The notes beneath the pieces were generated by a model that did not search any database, had not been told where the DNA came from, and was given only the letters and a program-made list of their open reading frames with translations. Positions 1 through 10,900 of a stretch of DNA of 64,000 nucleotides are shown here, in pieces. Source of the stretch: a bacterium (GTDB taxonomy: Bacteria; Patescibacteriota; Gracilibacteria; JAUYGZ01); the NCBI GenBank assembly GCA_030690415.1, contig JAUYGZ010000012.1, forward strand, positions 19,325 to 83,324. Direction: 5' to 3'. Each line of letters opens with the position of its first letter. Position 1 is the stretch's first letter. The position numbers were made by a program, and so were the translations under genes.

Positions 1-3000
1 ACGGTCGAGTCCCCTTTGCTGTTCCGACCGGCATAGGCAGAATACGTGATCGAATAAAGCCCTGTCACCGGTGTCGTAAAATTACCGGCGCTATACGTCC
101 AGCCGTTGGCTACTGAGGTGGGATTATTAAAAGTAATGGTTTGAAAGTTCCCGGCAGATGAGACGGCCTGGTCAGTCGTATCATATCCAAACAGATAGTT
201 AGTGCCGGTGGTCGAACTGCTAAAGACATTGGTAGTCGTACAGCTCCTTAAGGTTTTCGTCGTCGTATCAAAATATTGCTCGCCAACGGTACAAGTCCCC
301 GGGACAGAAGAGGATTCCCGAAGCCGGATGCTGCTTGACCCGCTGAAGTTGATTGCTCCGGTTGAAGTAATTCCTGTCAATCCGGAAGCAACACCAGGAG
401 AACTAATATCCCAGACCGACGAATCGATTGTCACATTATCGCCATTATCTCCGATGGTCGCCACTCCATTCACGTCCAGCGCCCCATCCACATTCAAGGT
501 TGTCCCTGAGCTGAAAGTCAAAATCCCCGACGTGAAGCTGTCATTGGTATCACTACGAAGAAGCTGCGTGGAATCAAGGCTATCAAGAGTGCCGGAATTT
601 CCCCCATCCCTCACCACAGACCAGGTATTTGTAGCGGAGCAGGCTCTAAGCAAATTATCAGTGGAGTTGTAAAAGAGATCCCCCTCCGTACAGGTTCCCG
701 GATTGCTCGTCCCCTGGTGAACCGCCATTCTGGTGGCTCCACTCGCGTCAAGGTCTCCATTGACATCCAGCGCCGCCCCTGTATTGATCGTCAGGGTCCC
801 TGATGTCAGAGCATCAGACGCATCGCTCCTGAGAAACTGCAACGAGTCGATGGTATCCAGCGTGTCGGCATTTGAACTTCCGGACCCCAAAGCAGTCCAG
901 GTATCCGTATCAGTACACACTCTCAAAACATTATCAGTCGAATTGTAGAATAAATCCCCCTCCGCGCAGGTCCCGGGATTCGCTGAACCGGAACGAATCA
1001 CGAATCGGGTCGCTCCACTGAAATCAATAGTTCCATTACCATCCAGGGTTGTTCCTGAATTAAACGTCAAAGTCCCTGAAGTATAACTGTCAGAAGTGTC
1101 GCTTCGAACAAATTGGGCTGAATCAAGGGTATCAAGCGTCTCGGCATTGACCGTTCCACTAATGATCGGCTCAAATACAGCACCATTATTACTGATCTCC
1201 CAGCGGTTATTCCCATCATCATAGCGAATCACTCCATTCGATTCAGATCCCTGCTCAGCAACTATATCCGCATCCTGATCAGGATTTCCTGTTTCATCAG
1301 AATCCAGAGTGAAAGTGGTTCCCTGGACCGCAACATTGCCGTCCACCACTAAAGCATCACTCAGTAAGAAATAATTATTTCCAGTATCCCATTTCAGCGT
1401 TTCAGCAAGAGTCGTTCCAAATTTCAGGATCACATCACCGCCTGTATCATCACTATCGAGTGTAAAGGTACTAACAGAAGAACCGGTATCGGTATTTTGA
1501 TTGTGCAAACGGCTGTCATTTCCCTGCACAGCCACATTGGCACTTGTTTCACCATCTGTAGCCAGTTCAACTTTTCCTTTAGAACTTGTTGTAGCATCCG
1601 GAAGAGAACTGGCACCGGTAATCTGTATCCAGGCATTAGTATCAGAATCCCAAGCGTAGGTAATTTCTGTTTCACGACTCAACCGCGCCTCGGAATTACT
1701 AATGGCGGCATAAGCCTTTCCATCATGCATGTCGATATCGAGAAATCCTGATCCCGAAGGAACTATGGTTCCGTTACCGGTGGTAGCAGCCGTATCATGT
1801 ACCAAATAGACGGCAGCCCCACTGGCGGTTGACTGTCCTGAAAAATTCGCGGCATTCACACAGGCATCCACAGCAGCCAATATGGAAGTCGCCATATCCG
1901 CATTATCAGTGGCCGCGGACCCTGACTTAAATTGACAGCTGGCTGCAATCGGCGAATCCTTTGCCGTCAACACAAAACTCGATCCTCCGGAATTATAAGT
2001 AACCGTAATAATATCATCGGCAATAACCAATGCTTCGTCACTGACATAGATTTTACCACCGGCACGTATTCCACCCGTACCCGATTCCCCATTGACCAAC
2101 TGGTTGGACTGCTCGATAGGTGTTTGCCAGGATAAACCGGCCACCAGATTATCCACATAATTTTTGGTTGCGGCATCCTGGCTACTTGCTGGATCCAAAA
2201 TGTTTGAAATTCGATTGGCATCGAAATCAAAAACATCTGTGGCATCGTTGTAAAAAAGCTGACCATTGGTATTCTGGCCAAACTGAAGAGTAGCATTAGC
2301 ACCATCATTGTTGAGAATATATGAATCACTATTCGTACTCACATCAGTATTTTGGTTGTGCAAACGACCGTCATTTCCTTGCACGACCACCCCGGCAGCC
2401 ACCTCACCATTTGTTGCCAACTCTACCTTACCCTTCTCAGTGGTAGTAGCATCAGGTATGGATCCCGCTCCGGTAATCTGTATCCATGATTCACTTCCGG
2501 TAGACCAGGCATAAAGCACCTGATTATTATGTGTTAAACGAGATTCATTGCTTGTCAAGGAAGCATAAGCAACACCCTCTGTGATATCATAAAGAGTAAA
2601 TCCGGATCCACTGGCAACTACGGTACCATTTCCTGCCGGACCCACACTATCGTACAACAAATACACGTCCTCCCCATTTTGCACACTTGAGCCGGAAAAA
2701 TCAGCTGCGCTCGCGCATGCGTCAATTGCTGCCAGAATAGATCCAGCCATATCATCATCATCAAGAGCTGTAGCACCGGATTTGAATTCACAGTTGGCTG
2801 CTGTAGGAGCATCTTTTGCTGTTAGCACAAAATTCGATCCGCCTGAGTTGTAGGTAATGGTCAGCGTATCGTTTTCCACAACCAATGCTTCATCCGAGAC
2901 CACGATCTCAGATGCCGCCTTGATACCTCCCACTCCACTACCACCATCTATCAGCTGTGTGCTATGCCAAACAGGATTTTTCCAATCGGAGCCCGAGACC

Positions 3001-4661
3001 AGACTATCTACATAATCCTTTGTAGCCGCATCCTGTGCTTCGACAGGGTCTATCAGATTAATTATCCGATTGGAATCAACATCAAAGGTATCAGCTGCGT
3101 CATTATAGATAATTTGACCATCAGCATTCTGCCCAAACTGTAGTGTCGCGTCATCCGCGTCGGAATTGAGAATAAAAGAATCCTGAGAGGTACCCGTATC
3201 ACCATTCGCATAGTGGGACAAAGGAACCCAGCCATTAACATGAGAATCGAAAGCATAAATCATCAACTCCTGATGCACCAAACGAGCTTCAAAATGAACC
3301 AATTCCGCATATGTCTTACCTCCCTCCAACGCACTGGTACTAAAACCGGAACCACTAAAAGTCACAGTACCATTCCCTACAGTACTTGGAATATCATAGG
3401 TCAGAAAGATGTCCTGACCATTGATATAGGTACTCCCGGAAAAATCAGCTGCGGAAGAACAGGAGTCAAGAGCCGCCAGAATAGAGGTCGCCATAGCAGC
3501 ATTATTAGCTGCCGTTGCGCCTGAAGCGAATTCACAATTCGCTGCCGTCGGAGCATCCTTAGCGGCAAGGACAATAGTAGAGCCTCCACTATTATACGTA
3601 ATCGTAAACGTATCATTTTCGAGAACCAGAGTCTCATCTGTCACCTGCGTGTGGGTCCCTGCCTTGACACCTCCAACACCTGCACCACCATCTACCAATT
3701 GGCCGAGATTGGAAACATGCCCCTGCATGGCTTCACCCGCCTGAGCGGCATCCAAATAAGCCTTCGTTACCGCATCCTGATCATTCACCGGATCTTCCAG
3801 ATTCATCAGCAAATTCCCGTCAAAATCAAAGCTATTGGAAGCATCATTATAGCTGATCTGCCCATCGGTATTCTGACCAAACTGTAGTGTCGCATCATCC
3901 CCATCGGTATTAACAACAAAGGAATCCTCAGAAGTTCCCGGGACTCTCAGCTGAGAAGCCACAGAAAAATCAATAATTCCGGAAGAAGTAAATCCTGTAA
4001 ACCCACTGGCCACTCCCGCTGATGAGATGTCCCAGACAGAAGAATCAATAGCTACCGTATCTCCACCATCACCGAGTGTGGCAACACCATTGGCATTCAA
4101 AGTCCCTCCTATACTCAAATTCCCACTTTGATCCACAGACCAGTCGTTGCTGTCGACCACAAAATCCTCCGTACCGGTATCCACGGTCAGATCGGTATTC
4201 GTGGTCGTAATAGTCTTGTCGGTATCAGTACCAAAGACACTTTCAAAATCCTGGGTCACATCCACCCAAGTACTTGCATTACAATACCATAAGCGATTGT
4301 TTGTCGTATTGTAATAAACACGACCCTTCACACCCTCAGCACATGCTGCCGGATCAGAAGCCTGATTCTCAATTTTGAAATCAACCAGCTGATTTCCCTC
4401 CAGACTGAGATCATCGCTCAACTCAAATCGGGCCGCATCCACATCAAACTGCAGAATTTCAGAGAGAACTTCTCCAAATTTGAGAATCACAGTATCTCCG
4501 GCACCAGCCGTACCATCCTGGTCAATCGTAAAATTCATACTCGGAGCTCCCACGTCATCAGCGGAAAAATCCGTCAGATCCGCCTGGGCGAATACAGATG
4601 GTAGAGGGGCAGACAGTAAAATACTGAGCAAAAGAGCGATAAATGGTCGAAATATTCTCAT
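1..4661 (-). CDS. Giant secreted repeat surface protein with phage-tail-fibre-like modules; C-terminal part lies beyond the window start (>=1553 aa visible); paralog of 4936..11229
   Basis: Absent from the supplied ORF track because there is no stop inside the window. Manual translation from the ATG at 4661..4659 gives MRIFRPFIALLLSILLSAPLPSVFAQADLTDFSA, a signal peptide. Same-frame spot checks are open: 2330..2271 gives SDSYILNNDGANATLQFGQN and 59..3 gives LYSITYSAYAGRNSKGDST. All listed minus-strand ORFs here sit in the same -1 offset frame as the off-frame ORFs inside 4936..11229. Three QDA(A/V)TK.Y(V/L)D sites were read at about 2160, 3020 and 3765. Confidence 0.85.
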   Translation of the reverse strand, partial: MRIFRPFIALLLSILLSAPLPSVFAQADLTDFSADDVGAPSMNFTIDQDGTAGAGDTVILKFGEVLSEILQFDVDAARFELSDDLSLEGNQLVDFKIENQASDPAACAEGVKGRVYYNTTNNRLWYCNASTWVDVTQDFESVFGTDTDKTITTTNTDLTVDTGTEDFVVDSNDWSVDQSGNLSIGGTLNANGVATLGDGGDTVAIDSSVWDISSAGVASGFTGFTSSGIIDFSVASQLRVPGTSEDSFVVNTDGDDATLQFGQNTDGQISYNDASNSFDFDGNLLMNLEDPVNDQDAVTKAYLDAAQAGEAMQGHVSNLGQLVDGGAGVGGVKAGTHTQVTDETLVLENDTFTITYNSGGSTIVLAAKDAPTAANCEFASGATAANNAAMATSILAALDSCSSAADFSGSTYINGQDIFLTYDIPSTVGNGTVTFSGSGFSTSALEGGKTYAELVHFEARLVHQELMIYAFDSHVNGWVPLSHYANGDTGTSQDSFILNSDADDATLQFGQNADGQIIYNDAADTFDVDSNRIINLIDPVEAQDAATKDYVDSLVSGSDWKNPVWHSTQLIDGGSGVGGIKAASEIVVSDEALVVENDTLTITYNSGGSNFVLTAKDAPTAANCEFKSGATALDDDDMAGSILAAIDACASAADFSGSSVQNGEDVYLLYDSVGPAGNGTVVASGSGFTLYDITEGVAYASLTSNESRLTHNNQVLYAWSTGSESWIQITGAGSIPDATTTEKGKVELATNGEVAAGVVVQGNDGRLHNQNTDVSTNSDSYILNNDGANATLQFGQNTNGQLFYNDATDVFDFDANRISNILDPASSQDAATKNYVDNLVAGLSWQTPIEQSNQLVNGESGTGGIRAGGKIYVSDEALVIADDIITVTYNSGGSSFVLTAKDSPIAASCQFKSGSAATDNADMATSILAAVDACVNAANFSGQSTASGAAVYLVHDTAATTGNGTIVPSGSGFLDIDMHDGKAYAAISNSEARLSRETEITYAWDSDTNAWIQITGASSLPDATTSSKGKVELATDGETSANVAVQGNDSRLHNQNTDTGSSVSTFTLDSDDTGGDVILKFGTTLAETLKWDTGNNYFLLSDALVVDGNVAVQGTTFTLDSDETGNPDQDADIVAEQGSESNGVIRYDDGNNRWEISNNGAVFEPIISGTVNAETLDTLDSAQFVRSDTSDSYTSGTLTFNSGTTLDGNGTIDFSGATRFVIRSGSANPGTCAEGDLFYNSTDNVLRVCTDTDTWTALGSGSSNADTLDTIDSLQFLRSDASDALTSGTLTINTGAALDVNGDLDASGATRMAVHQGTSNPGTCTEGDLFYNSTDNLLRACSATNTWSVVRDGGNSGTLDSLDSTQLLRSDTNDSFTSGILTFSSGTTLNVDGALDVNGVATIGDNGDNVTIDSSVWDISSPGVASGLTGITSTGAINFSGSSSIRLRESSSVPGTCTVGEQYFDTTTKTLRSCTTTNVFSSSTTGTNYLFGYDTTDQAVSSAGNFQTITFNNPTSVANGWTYSAGNFTTPVTGLYSITYSAYAGRNSKGDST

Positions 4662-4817
4662 AGATGAGTGACAACTATTCCCCTTGAAATGAACAACAGT
4701 AAAAATATCCAATAATGACTATATCAAGCTATTCTCATTTTTGAATAAACGAACTCTAGCGAGAGAAGGTTTTGGGCTGAAGATCAAGGGGAAACCTAGC
4801 CACCTCCAGACCCCCGA

Positions 4818-4831
4818 CCCCTTGTCAGGGG
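4818..4831. repeat. GC hairpin CCCC-ttgtca-GGGG, member of a dispersed CCCC(C)-N4-6-GGGG(G) hairpin family
   Basis: Palindrome read directly in the 274-bp spacer between the two giant genes. Confidence 0.5.
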
Positions 4832-4894
4832 AGGCCCCTCCAGAATTTTATACTGCGTAGTACTTGTCTATGAACATTCAAGATGGAGTTGGCT

Positions 4895-4911
4895 CCCCCC
4901 TGATAAGGGGG
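4895..4911. repeat. GC hairpin CCCCCC-tgataa-GGGGG, same family
   Basis: Palindrome read directly, about 25 nt past the stop of 4936..11229. No U-run follows on the minus strand, so it is not a canonical terminator. Confidence 0.5.
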
Positions 4912-4935
4912 TCAGGGGGTCCGGGAGGGAGCCCC

Positions 4936-7900
4936 CTACCTCAGCTTCTTCCCCGTGTACTGAATCCGGATCTTGCTGATATCCACAAAACCGGTATACG
5001 TGTCGGCAACATTGGCTCCATCGCGATTTAATTTGAAAAACACAATCTCATCAGCTGTCAGATCTGCGTTGGAGAGGACAAATGTCTCTCGCTGAAGCTG
5101 ATTGGTCGTCCCGTTGGCAGCCTCGGTCGGCGTCAAAGCGGAGAAATCCCCGCCAACGATCGTATGATCCTCAGGGATACACGCGTATTCGATGTCCCAC
5201 TGCACGTCATCGGTATTGGTATTGCTCGGCGACCAGAAGATTTCGACTGAAATATCAGTCCCCGCGACCCAGTCATCCGGAACAGGGAAAGACCATCGTA
5301 CTGTACTGTCTCCAGTAGCATCCAAACGAAGTACAGGAATACGTCCACCAATCTTATTCCCCAGGGATGCTGAGGATCTCACGCCTCCCTCGATATCCAG
5401 CCAAAGGTACTTGGACTGGGTGTCATCCGTATAAATGACCCCTTCGACTCCAAGGGAACCGGAAATAAAAGCATCATCACCATCCAGAGTAAATCCTGCA
5501 TCTGAAATCGTCTCAGAATTTGACCCAACGGTCAGATTATTGGCTAAATCAAGATCTCCGGTATTCGTAAAGGTCGCGAACGGCGTTCCGTTGTCTTGAA
5601 TCACAAAATCCTGAGTGCTGGTGAGGTCGAAGACCAAGGCCCCGGCACTGTCGACGTCGATCGACTGGCCTTGAGTATAAGCGAGATCAAGAGAATTCGT
5701 GGTGTCCGTGTCGGTATCCGTATCAACAGCCGTCCAGGTATCCGCAACAGTACAGACCCGAAGCAGCTTATCCGTGGAATTGTAAAAGAGATCACCTTCC
5801 GCGCAGGTTCCGGGATTGGACGAGCCCTGCTGGAGAGCCAATCTGGTCGCTCCGCTGAAATCTACCGCTCCATCCGCATCAATAGTCGTTCCGACGGCAA
5901 GCGTTAGGGTCCCTGAACTCAGGCTGTCACTGGTATCACTTCTGAGAAATTGTGAAGAATCAAGGGTATCAAGAGTATCAGCGTCATCAGTCGATACCGC
6001 CAACCAGGTAGCCGCACCGGCAATACCGGTAGCAGTACAGACCTGGACCTGACTATCGGTCGTATCCAGAATCAACTCACCGATGGTGATACAAGCAGAA
6101 TTAGCAGCAGGATCAGTATTTTCACGGATTCTGAAAGAAGAGGCATTAGAAAAATTAATCGCACCCGTGGAACTCAATCCGGTAAATCCTGAAGCTACAC
6201 CTGCCGAACTGATATCCCAAATAGAGGAATCAATGGCAACAGAATCACCATTATCTCCCAGGGTCACTTGTCCGTTGGCATCGAGAATAGAATTCACCGT
6301 CACATTACCGGAAGTCGAAAGACTACCGGTTATACTCAAGTCATCGGAAAGCTCAAACTGATCATTAGAATCATTCCAAGTGAGAGTTTCCCATGAAGAA
6401 GAATTTCTTCCCAAATTAAGCACACCGTTGCTGTCCGATCCGGTTAAACTTTCCGCGATAGAGCCCTGCCCGGCTGCCTCAAGATTACCCTGAACGCGAA
6501 GATCATCCGTCAACGTGAAACGGCTATTGGCATCGTCCCAGGTCAGGCTTTCTGCCAGAGTTTGACCAAACTGAAAGGTAATATCACCACCGGTATCGTC
6601 ATCATCCAGCACAAAGGTATTAGTACTGGTCCCGGTATCGGTATTTTGAGTATGCAGACGACTGTCATTGCCCTGCACCGCGACTCCGGAGAGGACCTCA
6701 CCATCAGTCGCTAATTCAACCTTTCCTTTGGTCGTGATCGTCGCGTCAGGAACAGCGGCAAGAGTGATCTGAACCCAGACATCAGACGCATTAAAGCTGT
6801 ATGTAATACCACTAAACAAATCCAATCTGGTCTCATTGACCGCAATATCTGCGTAAGCTGTCCCATACTGGGGATTCACAATCGTAAATCCGGATCCACT
6901 GGCGGTGATAGTGCCATTCCCCACCTCGCCAACACTGTCGTGAATCATGATGAGTTCAGCACTATTCAATACACTCTGACCATCGAAATCCGCTGCCGGA
7001 GCACAAGCCGCAAGCGCGTCAAAGACAGAGCTCGCAAGATCAGCATTGTCCGTCGCGGTAGCGCCGGATTTGAATTCACAGCTGGATGCGGTCGGAGCAT
7101 CCTTAGCCGTCAGGATGAAAGAGCTGCCTCCGAAATTGTAACTCAAAGTCAGCGTATCATCCTCCAGCACAATGGTTTCATTTGAAATGGTAAGAGACCC
7201 TCCGGCACGAATTCCACCGCTTCCTCCACTCAGAAGCTGATTGGTATGAAGGAAAGGCTGCTTCCATTGTAAACCAGCCGCCAGATTATCGACGTAATTC
7301 TTCGTCGCCGCATCCTGAGACCCGCTCGGATCAGTAACATTGACCAGACGATTCGCGTCAAAATCAAAGGTATCAGAACTATCCGAATAAAGGATCTGCC
7401 CATCTGTATTCTGTCCAAACTGAAGGGTAGCGTTCGTCCCATCACTATTGAGAATAAAGGGATCCTGAGTGGTGCCAGCATCCGTATTTTGAGTATGAAG
7501 CCGGCTGTCATTACCCTGCACCACAACACCTGAGCTCGTTTCACCGTCAGTCCCCAACTCCACGACACCAGAAGTGGTCTCCGTAGCATCTGGAATAGCT
7601 CCAACACCGGTAATCTGAACCCACTCAGTGTTATCACTGTTCCAAGTATAGGTCACCTGGGTCCCCTGAGTGATACGAGTTTCATTCTGTACTAAATCGG
7701 CAAAATCCCTCCCCTGTGTAAGATTATTGGATGTAAATCCAAGCCCGCTCATCGTTACGGTTCCATTTCCATTCGTGCCCACGTCATCATGAACAAGAAA
7801 AACCTGAGCGGAAGAAGACTCCGAGTAACTGGAAAAGTTAGATAATCCGACACAGGCAACAAGGACATCAATAATGGAAGTCGCCAGATCGGCATTCGTA

Positions 7901-10900
7901 GCCGCCGCCACTCCGGACTTAAACTCACAACTGGCCGGTGTTGGAGAATCCTTGGCGGTAAGAATAGTCGTCATCGCTCCGGCATGGTGAACAATGGTAA
8001 TCGTGTCATCCTCCAACACCAGACTCTCATCCGTCACGGTAATTCTCCCTCCTCCCCGAACTCCTCCTACACCTGTCCCTCCATCAACCAGCTGATTCAC
8101 GGTCTCAACAGGATCTCTCCAGGAAAGTCCATTCACAAAATCATCCACATACTTTTTCGTGGCGGCATCCTGAGCGGAACTTGGATCGAGAAGATTGATC
8201 AGGCGATTAGAGTCAAAATCAAAAGTATTACCGGTATCACTGAAAGAGATCTGGCCTCCCGAGTTTTGTCCGAATTGGAGAATGGCATCATCCCCATCGG
8301 TATTGATGATAAAGAGATCCTGATTAGTCCCACCGGGAATGACAGAAGTTGGAAACACATCCCCAACCCCAAGAATAACCACATTCCCGTCAGATACACC
8401 GATATCAGCCCCATCAAGCGTTGTGGCGTTACCTCCATCTCGGACAATTGTCCAGGTATCAGCCGCGGAACAAGCCCAAAGAAAAGTATCTCCAGTATTG
8501 AAAAACACATCGCCGGGAGTACAGCTCACGGGATTCGAAGCGCCGGAAGGAAGAGCTAATCGAGTGGCGGCACTCAAATCAATGGAACCCTCTCCATCGA
8601 GAGTGGTTCCAACAGCCAGAGTTAAAGTTCCACTCGTCACGCTATCAGACTGATCTGTCCGAAGGAACTGAGAGGAATCCAAAGTATCCAGAGTATCAGC
8701 ATCAGATGATGTTGATACAGGAGTCCAGACAGCAGCGCCGGCAACACCGATCCCGGTACAGACCTGAATCTCGACATCAGTGGTATCCACAATCAGCTCA
8801 CCAAGGGTAGAGCAAGAGACATTCGTCGCCGGGTCACTATCTTCACGGATCCGAAATGAAGTCGTTTCGGAAAAATTAACCGATCCGGCCGAAAAATCAC
8901 CCTCAACTGACAAGTCATCATTGAATTGAAAGCGCGAATTACTCTGAGAATACAAAAGCGTCTTACTGAGAGTCGCCCCGAACTGCAAGATCACATCTCC
9001 GACACCGGTATCATCATTATCGATCACAAAACTCTCCGCGTTCGTCGCGCCAGGAATAACCGTGACTGGGAAAAGTCCCCCAGCTCCAAGAATAACAAGA
9101 TTGCCGTCTGAAGTCCCCACATCAGCACCATCCAGCAAGTCAGCACTCCTTGCGTAAGGAAGAGTCCCCAGAGCCACACGATCCGTAGCATTAGCCGTGC
9201 CATCGACATCCAGGAGTTCATAACTCGTATCAGCTGCCCCATCAGCTTTTACTTCAACCTGAAGGTAAAAATGGACTGAGCTGTTGAAATCAGGAATCGG
9301 TGTCACCGTTCCAATATTCACCTGAAAATATCCATTGGTATTTGGAGTTACCGTCTGCTCTTCTTCATACGATGAAAACCCGGGTGCGCCACCAGGTATG
9401 TCACCGGTCCCATCGAAATCAGCCGGAGCATCCCAGTCAGCATCACTCCAGATACTAAATCGGAATGTGTGCGCGGTCGTCAAAGCGTGCCCACTCGCAT
9501 TTTTGAGAATACCTTCGTAAGGCATGATTGTCGGCGTCGTAGGCGCAGCCTGCACTCGTAAAACAAAGCAATAGCTCAAAACAATAACTAAAGCACCAAG
9601 AAGCAATCCCAGAAGGACATCCCGTAAAACACCAAAACGACGAAGAACAAGCAGTATTGTCAAAAGAAGTGCAGCAATAAGAGACAAATACACCCAGAAA
9701 AGAGTGCCCCCCCATATATTATAGCTGATTTCAGAAGCAATTTCATCAGGAGCAAAGAATTGAAGCGCAAGTAGACTTGACTCAAGTTCTTGACGAATGT
9801 CTCCCTCTGAAAATCCGGGTCTCAAGAGGGTCAGAAAAGTTCCCTTTGAAAGTGAGAGAACCCTGCCTCCATACACCGCGACAATCTTCAAAACATCTCC
9901 ATGAACGAGACTCTCAGGATAAGAATAATCAAAGGTTCCATCAGCATGCGGAGTCAGAACAATAGCCTGCTCCAAACGGGCCGACATCACGATCAATTCC
10001 TTAGCACTGAGTGCTAAGAGCCTAATCTGAGGAACATCCGTCAAAACCGTCATGACCGATCCTTCCGAATACACAGACTGGCTAAAAAATGTATCATCAA
10101 GCTCATCGACACTCAGGACCTGAGGGTTATCGATAAGAAGCCCACTCTCCACGCTAAAGTGCTCTATCAGCAGAGTCTGATCATCATCGGTCCTCAGTCG
10201 AGCCACATACTTTCCATCCGGGAGAGATTCCTTTGGCTGAAAAGTGACCGTCCCGTCAGGACGGCTATTAAATAATTTAACCTCGTACTCTCTGACCCCA
10301 TCCGACAGTCTCACCACGGAAACCCCCGGTACCGAAAAAGAAAAAAGTGGTTGAGAATCGTTTGTTACCGTGGTTGGCTCTCCATCAAAATCCGTAGGTA
10401 GAAAAGGAGGGAAAGTGGCCTCCCCTGAGAAGGGCTCAGGGGTTGGAGAGGGGGCAGTCTGAGAAGTCACTATTTGTGCCGGCAAATAGGTCTGGAGAGA
10501 GTGCGATGTCTGAGCTGAAGGGACAATTACCTGCGCGGGTGCCGATGGGGCAAAAGGAACTGTCGGAGCAGTAGGTCGAAGGGTTTCAATCACACAGGAT
10601 CGACTGCATCCATCACCGGAGCGGGTATTGCCATCATCACATTGTTCGCCAATCTCCATTCGGGCATTTCCACACACCGGAACTTCGTCCTGACAAAAAG
10701 CATCACATCCATCACCATTGAGTCGATTTCCATCATCACAGTCCTCACCGAAATCAAGGCTGGTGTTTCCACATGAACTCCCATATACCCCACCACCACC
10801 TCCTCCTCCGCCACCACCTCCACCGCCTCCAACAACAGGAGTCGTAACACAAGCACTGGTATCAAAAGTACAAGAAGCTGAACAGCCCAGAATGCCACTA

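Noticed and set aside
202-8653. Many medium-sized ORFs on both strands inside the giant genes (e.g. 202..672 +, 3213..3524 +, 7230..7637 -, 7984..8559 +, 8339..8653 +)
   Set aside because: They are off-frame or antisense shadows of the long minus-strand reading frames. The minus-strand ones all sit at the same -1 offset. Their translations are low-complexity and lack motifs.
10789-10830. Gly14 run as a slippage-prone homopolymeric tract or phase-variation switch
   Set aside because: It is encoded by mixed GGN codons (gga ggc ggt gga ggt ggt ggc gga gga gga ggt ggt ggt ggg), not a mononucleotide or simple repeat. Slippage is unlikely.
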